Shown here: positions 34,351 to 43,199 of the stretch, piece after piece
How the letters are laid out: every line of letters begins with the position of its first letter
How positions within the stretch are numbered: the first letter of the stretch is position 1
NCBI GenBank assembly: GCA_036504355.1
Contig: DASXVG010000079.1
Span: 580 to 64,579 of the forward strand
DNA: 64,000 nt
DNA from: Candidatus Limnocylindrales bacterium
GTDB lineage: Bacteria; Chloroflexota; Limnocylindria; Limnocylindrales; CSP1-4
Reading direction: 5' to 3'
Notes under the pieces: generated by a model
Told to the model about the DNA's origin: nothing
What the model saw: only the letters and a program-made list of their open reading frames with translations
Database searches by the model: none
Made by a program: the position numbers and the translations under genes

Positions 34351-35784
34351 ATGGGCGTCCTCGTCGTCGGTGGCGGCATCAGCGGTCTGGCGGCCGCGCG
34401 TGCGCTCGCGGGTGAGGGCGTCCCGGTCACCCTCGTCGATGCTGCGCTGCGGCTCGGCGGCAAGGTCGACACGGAGCGTGTCGACGGGCTCGTCATCGAG
34501 CGCGGCCCCGACTCGTTCCTCGCCACGCGTCCCGCGGCGGTGACGCTCGCGAGCGAGCTTGGCCTCGGCGACGAGCTCGTGGGCACGAGGGACCCGCGCG
34601 CCGTGTTCATCCGCCACCGCGGTCGGCTGGTACCGATGCCCGAGGGCCTCGGCCTGGTGCTCCCGACGCGCGCCATGCCGTTCGCGCGGACACGCCTGTT
34701 CTCGCTGCCCGAGAAGCTCCGGATGGCGAAGGACGTCGTGTGGCCGCGGATCCTCCCCCCCGACGACGTCGCCGTTGGCACGTTCCTGCGCGAGCGGCTG
34801 GGCTCGCCGCTGGTGGACCGGCTCGCCGGGCCCCTCGTGGGTGGGGTCTACGGGACGCCGATCGACGAGCTGAGCCTGGACGCGGTCGTGCCCACGCTGC
34901 GCACGGCCGAGCGCGAGCACCGGAGCCTGCTGTTCGCCGGGCTTGCCGACGGCCGGAAGATGCGAGCTGCGATGGCGGCGCGACCCGCCGGGCCGAAGCG
35001 CCTCGGCGCCTTCGCGTCGCTGGCGCACGGGATGGACACGCTGGTCGGCGCGCTCGAGGCCTCGCTCCAGGAGCGGGGCGTCGACGTCCGGACCGGCCTC
35101 GGGGTGCGCACGCTGCTGCGAGCCGGGACCGGCGTCGCGGCGCGCTTCAGTGACGGAAGCCTCGACCGCTTCGACGCCGTCGTGATCGCCGCGCCGGCGC
35201 CCGTCGCCGCCACGCTCCTCGCCGACGAGGTCCCGGGCGCATCGACCGCCCTCCGCGAGATCCCGCACGGCACGTCGATCCTTGTGACACTGGCATACCC
35301 GCGCGAGCGCGTCGCGCACCCCCTCGTGGGGCACGGCTACCTCGTCCCGGCAGCGGAGGGTGGCGCCATCTCCGCCTGCACCTGGACCTCCGAGAAGTGG
35401 GCCGGCCGGGCGCCGGACCACACCGTCCTGCTCCGGATGTTCGTCCGCGACGAGGGCGCCTGGACGTCGCTCCCGGACGATCAGCTGGTGGCTGCCGCAC
35501 GGGCCGACGCGGAACGGACGCTCGGGATCAGCGGTGAGCCGGTGCTCGTCCGTGTCGCGCGGTGGGCGGGCTCGATGCCGCGCTACACCGTGGGGCACCT
35601 CTCGCGGATCGCCGCCGTCGACGAGGCGATGACCGCGTGGCCCGCGGTGGTCCTCGCCGGCTCGTCGTACCGGGGGGTTGGGCTACCGGACTGCGTGACG
35701 GGCGGCCTCGCGGCGGCCAGCGCGGTCACCGCACGGCTCGGCGGGCTGGCCGAGGAGACCCCGGAGACGGCCCTCGTCGGCTGA
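34351..35784 (+). CDS. hemY: Coproporphyrinogen III oxidase / protoporphyrinogen oxidase HemY (CgoX), FAD-dependent
   Basis: Dinucleotide fold VLVVGGGISGLAAA, RGPDSF, and the C-terminal motif RWAGSMPRYTVGH...AGSSYRGVGLPDC. Confidence 0.85.
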   Translation: MGVLVVGGGISGLAAARALAGEGVPVTLVDAALRLGGKVDTERVDGLVIERGPDSFLATRPAAVTLASELGLGDELVGTRDPRAVFIRHRGRLVPMPEGLGLVLPTRAMPFARTRLFSLPEKLRMAKDVVWPRILPPDDVAVGTFLRERLGSPLVDRLAGPLVGGVYGTPIDELSLDAVVPTLRTAEREHRSLLFAGLADGRKMRAAMAARPAGPKRLGAFASLAHGMDTLVGALEASLQERGVDVRTGLGVRTLLRAGTGVAARFSDGSLDRFDAVVIAAPAPVAATLLADEVPGASTALREIPHGTSILVTLAYPRERVAHPLVGHGYLVPAAEGGAISACTWTSEKWAGRAPDHTVLLRMFVRDEGAWTSLPDDQLVAAARADAERTLGISGEPVLVRVARWAGSMPRYTVGHLSRIAAVDEAMTAWPAVVLAGSSYRGVGLPDCVTGGLAAASAVTARLGGLAEETPETALVG

Positions 35785-35794
35785 CGGCTGACGC

Positions 35795-36715
35795 TCAGCC
35801 AAGGGCGGCGCGGAGCTCCGGGAGGCGGTCCATCGTCTCCAGGTCGAACGGCGTCCGGAAGATGAGCACCGGGTGATCGAAGCCCACGGCGCGGTAGCGG
35901 TCGAGCTGATCGGCGACGTCCGCGACTGTCCCGTAGGCGGTGAGCCGGTCCTCGCCGGCCTGCGGGAGGTGGCCCTCGACCCAGCCTGTCCACGCGCGCT
36001 CTGCCTCCTCGCGCGTCCCACGGATGACGACGTTCGCGTTGTACGTGCGCTCGATCTCGCGCTGGTCCCGCCCGACGGCGTCGCAGGCGGCACGCAGGAT
36101 CGTGTCCGAGGCAGCGAGCTCGTCCGGGGTGCCGTACGCATTCCACAGGGCGCCCGAGCGCGCGATGAGCGGGAGCGTCTTCGTCGGGCCCGAGCCGCCG
36201 ATGAGGATCGGCAGGTGCGGCTGGATCGGGCGGGGTGCACAGATCGCGTCGTCGAACCGGTAGAACCGGCCCGCGTGGGTGACGCGCTCGCCGTCGAGCA
36301 GCCGGCGGATGAGGGGCACCGCCTCCGCCAGGCGGTCGAGCCGCTCCCCGAAGCCGGTGCCGAAGTCGAGCCCGAATGCCTCGTGCTCGCGGGCGAACCA
36401 GCCCGCGCCGATGCCGAGGATCGCGCGCCCGTCGCTCAGGTGGTCGAGCGTCGCCGCGAGCTTCGCCGTGAGTCCCGGGTTACGGAACGTGTTCGCGGCG
36501 ACCATGAGGCCGAGCCGCGGCCGGTTCGTCACCGCGGCGACCGCGGCGAGCGTGGACCAGCCCTCGAGCTTGGGGTCCCGCCACGCGCCCTCGTCGGAGA
36601 GCAGGTGGTCGTCGATCCACAGGTCGTCGAACCCGCACGTCTCCGCGTGGAGGGCCGCCTCCCGGAGCTCGGGCCACCCCGTCCGCTGCACCCAGTACGC
36701 CGCCCCGAACCGCAT
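35795..36715 (-). CDS. LLM-class (luciferase-like) F420/flavin-dependent oxidoreductase
   Basis: MRFGAAYW..., LWIDDHLL, GRAILGIGAGWFAREHEAFG, PILIGGSGPTKTL. The rest of the 906-aa ORF upstream is a low-complexity shadow. Confidence 0.8.
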   Translation of the reverse strand: MRFGAAYWVQRTGWPELREAALHAETCGFDDLWIDDHLLSDEGAWRDPKLEGWSTLAAVAAVTNRPRLGLMVAANTFRNPGLTAKLAATLDHLSDGRAILGIGAGWFAREHEAFGLDFGTGFGERLDRLAEAVPLIRRLLDGERVTHAGRFYRFDDAICAPRPIQPHLPILIGGSGPTKTLPLIARSGALWNAYGTPDELAASDTILRAACDAVGRDQREIERTYNANVVIRGTREEAERAWTGWVEGHLPQAGEDRLTAYGTVADVADQLDRYRAVGFDHPVLIFRTPFDLETMDRLPELRAALG

Positions 36716-36733
36716 GCGCCCTATCGTAGGGGC

Positions 36734-37648
36734 GTGGACCTCGCCGTCGACGCCCCACAGCCCCTCCCGCCCGCGCTGCGGGACGCGATCCTCGCCTGGT
36801 ACGACGCGACCGGCCGCGAGCTCGCCTTCCGTGCCACCACGGACCCGTACGCGGTGCTCGTGAGCGAGCTCATGGCGCAGCAGACGCAGGCGCTCCGCGC
36901 CGCAGCTTCGTGGACCTCGTGGATGGCGCGCTTCCCCTCCGTCGAGGCATTGGCAGCGGCGCCGATCGCGGACGTCCTCCGGGCGTGGGCGGGGCTGGGG
37001 TACAACCGCCGGGCGGTGCACCTCCATCGGGCGGCAAAGGTCATCGTCGCAGAGCACGGCGGACGGGTTCCGTCGTCGGTCTCCGAGCTCGAGGCGCTGC
37101 CGGGCGTCGGGCCGTACACGGCGCGCGCCGTCGCCGCCATCGCGTTCGGGGTGCCGGTCGGCGCGGTGGACGTCAACGTGAAGCGGGTGCTCGGACGGAT
37201 CGCGGCCGGCGGGCCCGAGGCGTTGACGCCCGGGGCGATCCAGGCGCTCGCGGACGCGTCCGTCCCTGTCGACAGGGCAGGGGAGTGGACCCACGCGCTC
37301 ATGGACGTGGGCCAGCGGGTCTGCAGGCCGTCGAAGCCGAACTGCGCGGACTGTCCCGCGATCGCGTGGTGCCGCTACGCGGCCGGGGAGCGGCCGACAC
37401 CGGGTGCAGCGGATGCGTCGGCGACGCGCGCGCGCCGGTCGGAGCCCGCATTCGAGGCGACGAACCGCTGGCTCCGGGGCAGGATCGTCGATCGGGCACG
37501 CGAGGCCCCAGGGTGGGTACCGTTCGCCGACGGCATTGGCGACCATGGGCCGGGCGCCGTCCGTGCCGCGATCATCGCGCTCTCGCGCGACGGGCTCCTC
37601 GAGGTGCGCGAGACGCCGACGGGGGTCGAGGCTCGTCTGCCCCGCTGA
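36734..37648 (+). CDS. mutY: A/G-specific adenine DNA glycosylase (MutY, short actinobacterial type)
   Basis: VLVSELMAQQTQ and LPGVGPYTARAVAAIAFGVPVGAVDVNVKRV (HhH-GPD with Asp). Cluster motif CRPSKPNCADCPAIAWC, i.e. C-x6-C-x2-C-x5-C for a [4Fe-4S] cluster. The GTG 36734 start is uncertain. Confidence 0.75.
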   Translation: MDLAVDAPQPLPPALRDAILAWYDATGRELAFRATTDPYAVLVSELMAQQTQALRAAASWTSWMARFPSVEALAAAPIADVLRAWAGLGYNRRAVHLHRAAKVIVAEHGGRVPSSVSELEALPGVGPYTARAVAAIAFGVPVGAVDVNVKRVLGRIAAGGPEALTPGAIQALADASVPVDRAGEWTHALMDVGQRVCRPSKPNCADCPAIAWCRYAAGERPTPGAADASATRARRSEPAFEATNRWLRGRIVDRAREAPGWVPFADGIGDHGPGAVRAAIIALSRDGLLEVRETPTGVEARLPR

Positions 37649-37757
37649 CACGCTCGCCGCGCCATCCGCCGCGTGGTCTCGCAGGGGGGGTTGCCCGGCG
37701 ACGGCCGACCGGGCACCCACGGTCCGGCGACGGCCCGCTCGCGATACCCTCTCCGAC

Positions 37758-38540
37758 GTGCCGACCCGATCCGTCCCCCCGCCCGCCGACGACCCGACGC
37801 TGGCGACCGCCAGCCTCGACGAGCTGGCCCTGCGTTGGGCGGACGTCGCCTCCCGAGGCGCCATCTCGGCCGAGGCGATGACGGGGCTCGACCGCAAGGC
37901 CCAGGGCCTCGGAACGACCGGTGCGACGCTCATGGAGCATGCGGGCACCGCGGTCGCGGCCGCCGCTCGGGCGCTGCTCGCGCACAACGACCGGCTCGAT
38001 CGCCCGGTGCTGATCCTCGCCGGGCCAGGGAACAACGGCGGCGACGGGTTCGTGGCGGCGCGCAAGCTCGACGAGTGGGGGATCGCGTCGATCGCGGTGC
38101 TCGTCGCCGCGGACGAGCGTCCGCGTACGCCCGACGCGGCGCGCAACTGGAAGCGTCTCGAGGGGCTGCCGAACGTCCAGATGATCCATGCTCCCGTCGC
38201 CCGAGACCTCGCGATGCTCGGCCAGGGAATCGACAAGGCGGGCATCGTCGTCGACGCGCTCCTTGGCACCGGGGTCCGCGGCCAGCTCCGCGACCCGGTC
38301 CGGGAGGCCGTCGGCGTGATCCGTCGCGCTCGCGAGGCCGGCGTCCCGGTCCTCGCGGTCGACACGCCAACGGCCGTCGACCTCACGAGTGGCGACGCGT
38401 CGGATCCCGTCGTTCGCGCGGACCTCACGATCACCTTCCACCGGCCCAAGACCGGGCTCCGGGCGCGGGTCGGCAGGGCGCTCGCCGGCCGGATCCTCGT
38501 GGCGCCGATCGGCATCCCGCCGGAGGTGGACCGTGGCTGA
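37758..38540 (+). CDS. NAD(P)H-hydrate epimerase (YjeF N-terminal domain only)
   Basis: ILAGPGNNGGDGFVAAR and VDALLGTGV are signatures of YjeF_N. The GTG 37758 start is uncertain. Confidence 0.7.
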   Translation: MPTRSVPPPADDPTLATASLDELALRWADVASRGAISAEAMTGLDRKAQGLGTTGATLMEHAGTAVAAAARALLAHNDRLDRPVLILAGPGNNGGDGFVAARKLDEWGIASIAVLVAADERPRTPDAARNWKRLEGLPNVQMIHAPVARDLAMLGQGIDKAGIVVDALLGTGVRGQLRDPVREAVGVIRRAREAGVPVLAVDTPTAVDLTSGDASDPVVRADLTITFHRPKTGLRARVGRALAGRILVAPIGIPPEVDRG

Positions 38541-38751
38541 CGCCCGCCAGATCGGCATCCGCGAGGTCCTGCTGGTGGCGGCAGCGGTGGTGATCACCGT
38601 CCTGGTGGCCGCCGGCGTGACGGCCCTGCTCCCGCGGGAGGGCCAGGGCGTCGTGTTCCACACGCCGCTGCTCATCGTCGTTCTCATCGCGGGGACGGGG
38701 CTGGTGCTGTGGCGGATCCTCCGGTCGCAGGGACCGGGCCCGGACGCCTGA
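38533..38751 (+). CDS. Small two-TM membrane protein (hypothetical)
   Basis: GTG 38533 overlaps the end of the upstream gene by 8 nt. Hydrophobic segments: VLLVAAAVVITVLVAAGVTALL and LLIVVLIAGTGLVLW. Confidence 0.4.
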   Translation: MADARQIGIREVLLVAAAVVITVLVAAGVTALLPREGQGVVFHTPLLIVVLIAGTGLVLWRILRSQGPGPDA

Positions 38752-38764
38752 CCCGGCAGCAGCG

Positions 38765-40435
38765 ATGACCATCCCGGCCGGTCTGCACGACTCGCGGCCG
38801 CCCCTCGCGCGCCGGGGCGCCGACCTCGAGCGCCTCGCGAACGAGCACTGGGACCTGCTCATCGTCGGCGGCGGGATCGTCGGCGCCGGCGCGCTCCTCG
38901 ATGCCGCCAGCCGGGGGATGCGGGTGGCGCTCGTGGAGCAGGAGGACATCGCGGCCGGCACGTCGTCTCGCAGCTCGCGGCTCATCCACGGCGGCCTGCG
39001 CTACCTCCAGCGGCTCGAGGTGGGACTCGTCCGGGAGGCCCTCGTCGAGCGGGCACGGCTCCTGCGGCTCGCGCCGCACCTCGTCAGGCTCGAGGCGTTC
39101 CTGTTCCCGCTCTACGGCCCGCCCGCCGTCACCCGCGCGTTCTACGAGGCGGGGCTGACCATGTACGACCTGCTCGGCAGCCGGAGGACCGGCGGCGGCC
39201 ACCGCCACCTCGGCCTGGACGAGACGCTCGCGTACGCACCGAGCCTCGTGCCTACGAACCTCCGCGGCTCGCTCCTGTACCACGACGCGATGGAGGACGA
39301 CGCCCGGTTCGCGCTCGCGGTCGTGCGCACCGCGCAGGCGCGCTTCGGGGAGCACGCCGTCGCGGTCACGCGGGTGCGCGCGCTCGGCCCGCTGCGCGGC
39401 GGGAGCCGCAACGGCGATCCAGTCGCGGGTGCGCGGGTCGAGGACCGCCTCACCGGCGAGTCGTTCGACGTCCGGGCACCAACGGTGCTGGACGCGACCG
39501 GCGTGTGGGGTGCCCTCCCGGCCCGTCCATTCGGGGCAGGCAGCTTCTCCGTGCTGCCGTCGCGCGGCGCCCACCTCGTCGTCCCGCGCGACCGGATCCC
39601 CGCGAGGGGCGGCATGACCCTCCGGATCCCCGGCCGCGTCGGGTTCCTCGTCCCGTGGCCGCGCCACTGGATCGTCGGCACGACGGACACCCCGCACCAC
39701 GGGCCCGTCGAGCGGATCGCGGCAACGAGCGAGGACGTGGACGGGATCCTGGCCACGGTGAACGGCGCACTGGACGTGGAGCTGACGCGCGACGACCTCG
39801 TCGGCACGTACGCCGGGCTGCGGCCCCTCGTCGCGCCATCGGATGCCACGTCGTCGGTGAGGATCAGCCGCGAGCACCGGGTCAGCGTCGAAGGTCGGGG
39901 CCTCGTCCGCGTGAGCGGCGGCAAGTACACGACCTACCGGGTCATGGCCCGCGACGCGGTGGACGCGGCCCTGGGCCCGGATGCCCTCGTGCGGCCGAGC
40001 AGGACCCTCCAGCTCCCGATCCACGGCGCCGCCCGCCGCGAACAGCTCGACGCGCTGGCGGACCGCCTCGCGTCGGGCGAGCACCGCCTCGGCCCGGAGG
40101 TCGCGCAGAGCCTGGTCGACCGCCATGGCACGGACGCGGACGCGGTCCTCGCGTACGGCGCCGAGCACGACCTCATTCGTCGGCTCGTGGACGGCGCGCC
40201 GTTCCTCGAGGCCGAGATCGCGTGGGCGGTCGAGCGCGAGATGGCCCTCACGCTCGACGACCTGCTCGCCCGCCGGATGCGCCTCGCCCCGACGCTCCCC
40301 GACCGCGGCGCCACGATCGCGCCGCGCGCCGCCCAGATCGCCGGACACGTGCTCGGCTGGGACCGGGACCGCCAGGCGAGCGAGGTCGCGGCCTACCTCG
40401 AGACGGCCCGCGGGGAGTACGGGATCCCGGCCTGA
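38765..40435 (+). CDS. glpD: FAD-dependent glycerol-3-phosphate dehydrogenase
   Basis: DLLIVGGGIVGAGALLDAASRGMRVALVE and GTSSRSSRLIHGGLRYL. Length and C-terminal domain are typical of GlpD. Confidence 0.85.
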   Translation: MTIPAGLHDSRPPLARRGADLERLANEHWDLLIVGGGIVGAGALLDAASRGMRVALVEQEDIAAGTSSRSSRLIHGGLRYLQRLEVGLVREALVERARLLRLAPHLVRLEAFLFPLYGPPAVTRAFYEAGLTMYDLLGSRRTGGGHRHLGLDETLAYAPSLVPTNLRGSLLYHDAMEDDARFALAVVRTAQARFGEHAVAVTRVRALGPLRGGSRNGDPVAGARVEDRLTGESFDVRAPTVLDATGVWGALPARPFGAGSFSVLPSRGAHLVVPRDRIPARGGMTLRIPGRVGFLVPWPRHWIVGTTDTPHHGPVERIAATSEDVDGILATVNGALDVELTRDDLVGTYAGLRPLVAPSDATSSVRISREHRVSVEGRGLVRVSGGKYTTYRVMARDAVDAALGPDALVRPSRTLQLPIHGAARREQLDALADRLASGEHRLGPEVAQSLVDRHGTDADAVLAYGAEHDLIRRLVDGAPFLEAEIAWAVEREMALTLDDLLARRMRLAPTLPDRGATIAPRAAQIAGHVLGWDRDRQASEVAAYLETARGEYGIPA

Positions 40436-40680
40436 GCCGGCCCCTTCAAGCGCCCCGCCGGGACCCCGTCCGGTGTCCCACGACCACGGCCAAAGGTCAC
40501 CCCCGGGTTGCGAAATTGGGTATCGCCACGGTTGCGCTTTGTGCGTAGACTGCGCCCGTGCGCGGCGACCGCGCACGTGCTCACACTCGATCGCACGTTC
40601 GACACTTGGTCTCCTCCGGACGGCACACGCAACTCGAAGGACCCGGGCAAGAGGCGGCGACACACGGAGGAGATCGGCAC

Positions 40681-41091
40681 GTGGCCGACAAGACCCTGAC
40701 CTGTTCCGACTGCGGGATGGAATTCGCCTTCACGGAGCGCGAGCAGGCCTTCTACGCCGAGAAGGGTTTCTCGGAGCCCCGGCGGTGCCCCTCGTGCCGC
40801 GCCAGCCGCAAGGCAGCGCGCGCGGGTGACAGCGGCGGCTATGGCGGCGGCAGCTCGTACTCGAGCGGCGGCGGCTACGACTCCGGGTACGCCGGTGGCG
40901 GCGGCTATTCCGCCGGCGGGTATGGCGGTGGCGGCGGGGGCGGTGGCTACGGCCAGCGCAGCAGCGCACCGCGCGAGATGTTCGACGCGACATGCTCGAA
41001 CTGCGGCAAGGACGCTCGCGTCCCGTTCCGCCCGACCAACGGCAAGCCGGTCTACTGCTCGGACTGCTTCCGCTCGATGCGGGGCAACTGA
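40681..41091 (+). CDS. Double zinc-ribbon protein with a central Gly/Tyr/Ser-rich low-complexity linker
   Basis: GTG start with ggagga 9-10 nt upstream. N-terminal CSDCG...CPSC and C-terminal CSNCG...CSDCF CxxC pairs. Linker: GGYGGGSSYSSGGGYDSGYAGGGGYSAGGYGGGGGGGGYG. Confidence 0.7.
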   Translation: MADKTLTCSDCGMEFAFTEREQAFYAEKGFSEPRRCPSCRASRKAARAGDSGGYGGGSSYSSGGGYDSGYAGGGGYSAGGYGGGGGGGGYGQRSSAPREMFDATCSNCGKDARVPFRPTNGKPVYCSDCFRSMRGN

Positions 41092-41112
41092 CCCGAGGCA
41101 CACGCAGCACGG

Positions 41113-41141
41113 ACCGGGCCGCGGCAACCGCGGCCCGGTTT
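41113..41141. terminator. Bidirectional terminator-type hairpin between convergent genes
   Basis: accgggccgcgg-caa-ccgcggcccggt forms a 12-bp perfect stem, followed by ttt. It abuts the stop of the minus-strand radical SAM gene. Confidence 0.6.
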
Positions 41142-42697
41142 CATGTTGGTCGGGGAGCGTTCACCAACCGCTCCGTGGGCGCCATCCCGCGGCCGGCCCG
41201 GGCGTACAGGCCGGGCACGACGTTCCGGGCGCAGAACGGGATGCGGACAGGCCCGGCCCCGTCCTCGATCGTGCCCACGTGGACGCAGCATTGGCGGAGA
41301 CGCTCCACGTTGAGCGTCCAGGCGTCCATGAACCCCTTGACGCTGATGCGCTTCACGCGCAGCGCGGCGTCCTCGATCCCGTCCCGGCCGCCCAGCACGG
41401 AGCGGGCGAGGGTGCGCACGAACCCCCCGACGTCCAGTCGACACGCACCCGCGAGTCCGACGAGATGCTCGACCATCTCCGTCCGGGAGACGGACATCGA
41501 GCCGCTCAGCAGGGCCGAGAGATCGCTCCACATCGCGTCGTCCGGGATGAGGCGGTTGCTGGCCAGCCCCAGGTGCTCCCGCATCCGGTCCCTGCCCAGC
41601 AGGTCGGGCAGCGACCGCCATGCCCCATGGTCATCACGCACCAGGAAGGTGAGCGCCGTGCAGTCCGGATGGCTGCAGGGCAGGGCCACGAAGTCGTCGG
41701 CCTTGATGACCTCCGGCGCCTGCAGCGCGAGGCGGCGGATGACCCCGGTCGTGGTCGCACGAGCCACGGGATCCACCGAGCCCGCCCCGAACAGGGGCTG
41801 GAACACGACGCCGCCGACATAGCGCGTCTCGAGCGCCGTGCGCAGCACGTCCCCGACGTCGCGGTCGTTGATGCCCGCACCGACCGCGCACGCAAGCGTG
41901 ACGAACAGCCGCTCGCCGGTGGCGCGCTCCAGCGCCCGACGCCGGAGGTCCACGAGGTCGGCGCCGCGGAGCTGCCGCGTCGCCCCGGTCGAGGGCCCGT
42001 CCCACTGGAGGTACAGCTCGATCCGCGGCCGGGCGGCGACGAGGCGCGCGAGGAGCTGGTCGTCGCGCGCGAGCCGCAGCCCGTTGGTGTTGAGCACGAT
42101 CCGCCGGACGGGCCGCTCGAGGAGCCCGTCGAGGACCTCGTCGAGCCGAGGGTGGAGGGTCGGCTCGCCGCCGCTCAGCATCACGAGGTCGAGGGCCCCG
42201 CCCTCGCGGGCGGTGGCGGCATCCACGGATGCCAGGACGGACGCGACAGGCGCGTACCGGTCGCGGCCCGGTCGGCTCGACGCGAAGCACGGGGGGCACG
42301 CCAGGTTGCAGTCCTCGGTCAGGTCGATGAGCAGGATGCAGGTGTGCTGCTCCTGGAGCGGGCCCAGGCCGTCGACGTAGCCCATCGGGATCGGGAGGCA
42401 ATCGGCCGAGTCAGGCGCGACCCACTTCGCGGGTGCCCGCCAGGTCTGCAGGTCCGCCCACAGGCTCGCGTCCTCCTCGTACAGGCTGACGACCTCCCCG
42501 TGTCCCCGGCGGCACACCCGGCGGAGCCAGATCGCCCCGTCCTGCTCCGCGAGGACGCCCTGGAGCACGTCGCGCTCGTACTCGAGCTCGAGGTCGGGGT
42601 GCTCGCGCAGGCACTCGCCGCACAACGTGAGCACCATGCGTCGGAGCAGGTACGGCCGCTCCGCGCCGACGACCGGATGCATCGCTGGCTCAGCCAT
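41141..42697 (-). CDS. Radical SAM enzyme with an N-terminal zinc ribbon (Tes / MJ0619-like family)
   Basis: N-terminal CGEC...VCRRGHGEV. Radical SAM triad DCNLACPPC, then VMLSGGEPTL. C-terminal Cys motifs PCSHPDC, RQCCVHV, IPFCARN. GGAG lies 7 nt before ATG 42697. Confidence 0.75.
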   Translation of the reverse strand: MAEPAMHPVVGAERPYLLRRMVLTLCGECLREHPDLELEYERDVLQGVLAEQDGAIWLRRVCRRGHGEVVSLYEEDASLWADLQTWRAPAKWVAPDSADCLPIPMGYVDGLGPLQEQHTCILLIDLTEDCNLACPPCFASSRPGRDRYAPVASVLASVDAATAREGGALDLVMLSGGEPTLHPRLDEVLDGLLERPVRRIVLNTNGLRLARDDQLLARLVAARPRIELYLQWDGPSTGATRQLRGADLVDLRRRALERATGERLFVTLACAVGAGINDRDVGDVLRTALETRYVGGVVFQPLFGAGSVDPVARATTTGVIRRLALQAPEVIKADDFVALPCSHPDCTALTFLVRDDHGAWRSLPDLLGRDRMREHLGLASNRLIPDDAMWSDLSALLSGSMSVSRTEMVEHLVGLAGACRLDVGGFVRTLARSVLGGRDGIEDAALRVKRISVKGFMDAWTLNVERLRQCCVHVGTIEDGAGPVRIPFCARNVVPGLYARAGRGMAPTERLVNAPRPT

Positions 42698-42710
42698 GGT
42701 GTCTCCGCCG

Positions 42711-43199
42711 TCAGCGGAACGGATCCGTCGTGGCGACGCAGGTCCCCGCGATGATGACGAGGAACACGAACGGGATCGCAAGCACCGCGACGATTGCGCC
42801 GGTCACCCCGCGCTTGAGCCGCCCGCTGATCCGGATGGCTGCCAGGCCGAGCAGGAGGACCGGCAGCAGCAGCGCCCCGAGGATCAGAGCCGCGGGCGCG
42901 CCGGAGTTGTAGATCGCCTGCTGGTCGCCGGTCACCAGGGCAAGGCTGATCGCGCCCCACACGGCAAGGAACATCACGACCAGGATCGCTGCGGCGCGGC
43001 CGCGGAGGTCCGACCCGGGTGGTAGTGCGGCGTCGAGCTCCGCGCGCCGGGCAGCCATCGCGGCAGTGATCTCGGGTTCCGCGTACCCGGCGTCGAGCAG
43101 CGCCTGGCGGAGCCCGCCCGGCGACAGCCGTGGGTCCTGTTCCCGGAGCCAGGACAGGATCTTCTCGACGACCTCAGGCCGTGGTTGCGGCCAGCCCAT
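42711..43199 (-). CDS. Membrane protein of unknown function (soluble helical N-domain plus three TM segments; one Cys near the C-terminus)
   Basis: A strong Shine-Dalgarno sequence (ggagggagggg) precedes ATG 43199. Hydrophobic segments: AAILVVMFLAVWGAISLALV, APAALILGALLLPVLLLGLAAI, GAIVAVLAIPFVFLVIIAG. The only Cys is in IIAGTCVATTDPFR. Confidence 0.6.
   Translation of the reverse strand: MGWPQPRPEVVEKILSWLREQDPRLSPGGLRQALLDAGYAEPEITAAMAARRAELDAALPPGSDLRGRAAAILVVMFLAVWGAISLALVTGDQQAIYNSGAPAALILGALLLPVLLLGLAAIRISGRLKRGVTGAIVAVLAIPFVFLVIIAGTCVATTDPFR

Noticed and set aside
35795-38515. A 906-aa minus-strand ORF covering mutY and the YjeF_N gene
   Set aside because: Only the last 306 residues (from MRFGAAYW) form an LLM oxidoreductase. 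The remainder is a shadow of plus-strand genes that carry clear MutY and YjeF_N motifs.
40501-40560. Candidate sigma-70 promoter (TTGCGA / TTGCGC ... TAGACT) upstream of the zinc-ribbon gene
   Set aside because: The spacings between the -35-like and -10-like hexamers are 8, 24 or 32 nt. None is compatible with a standard promoter.
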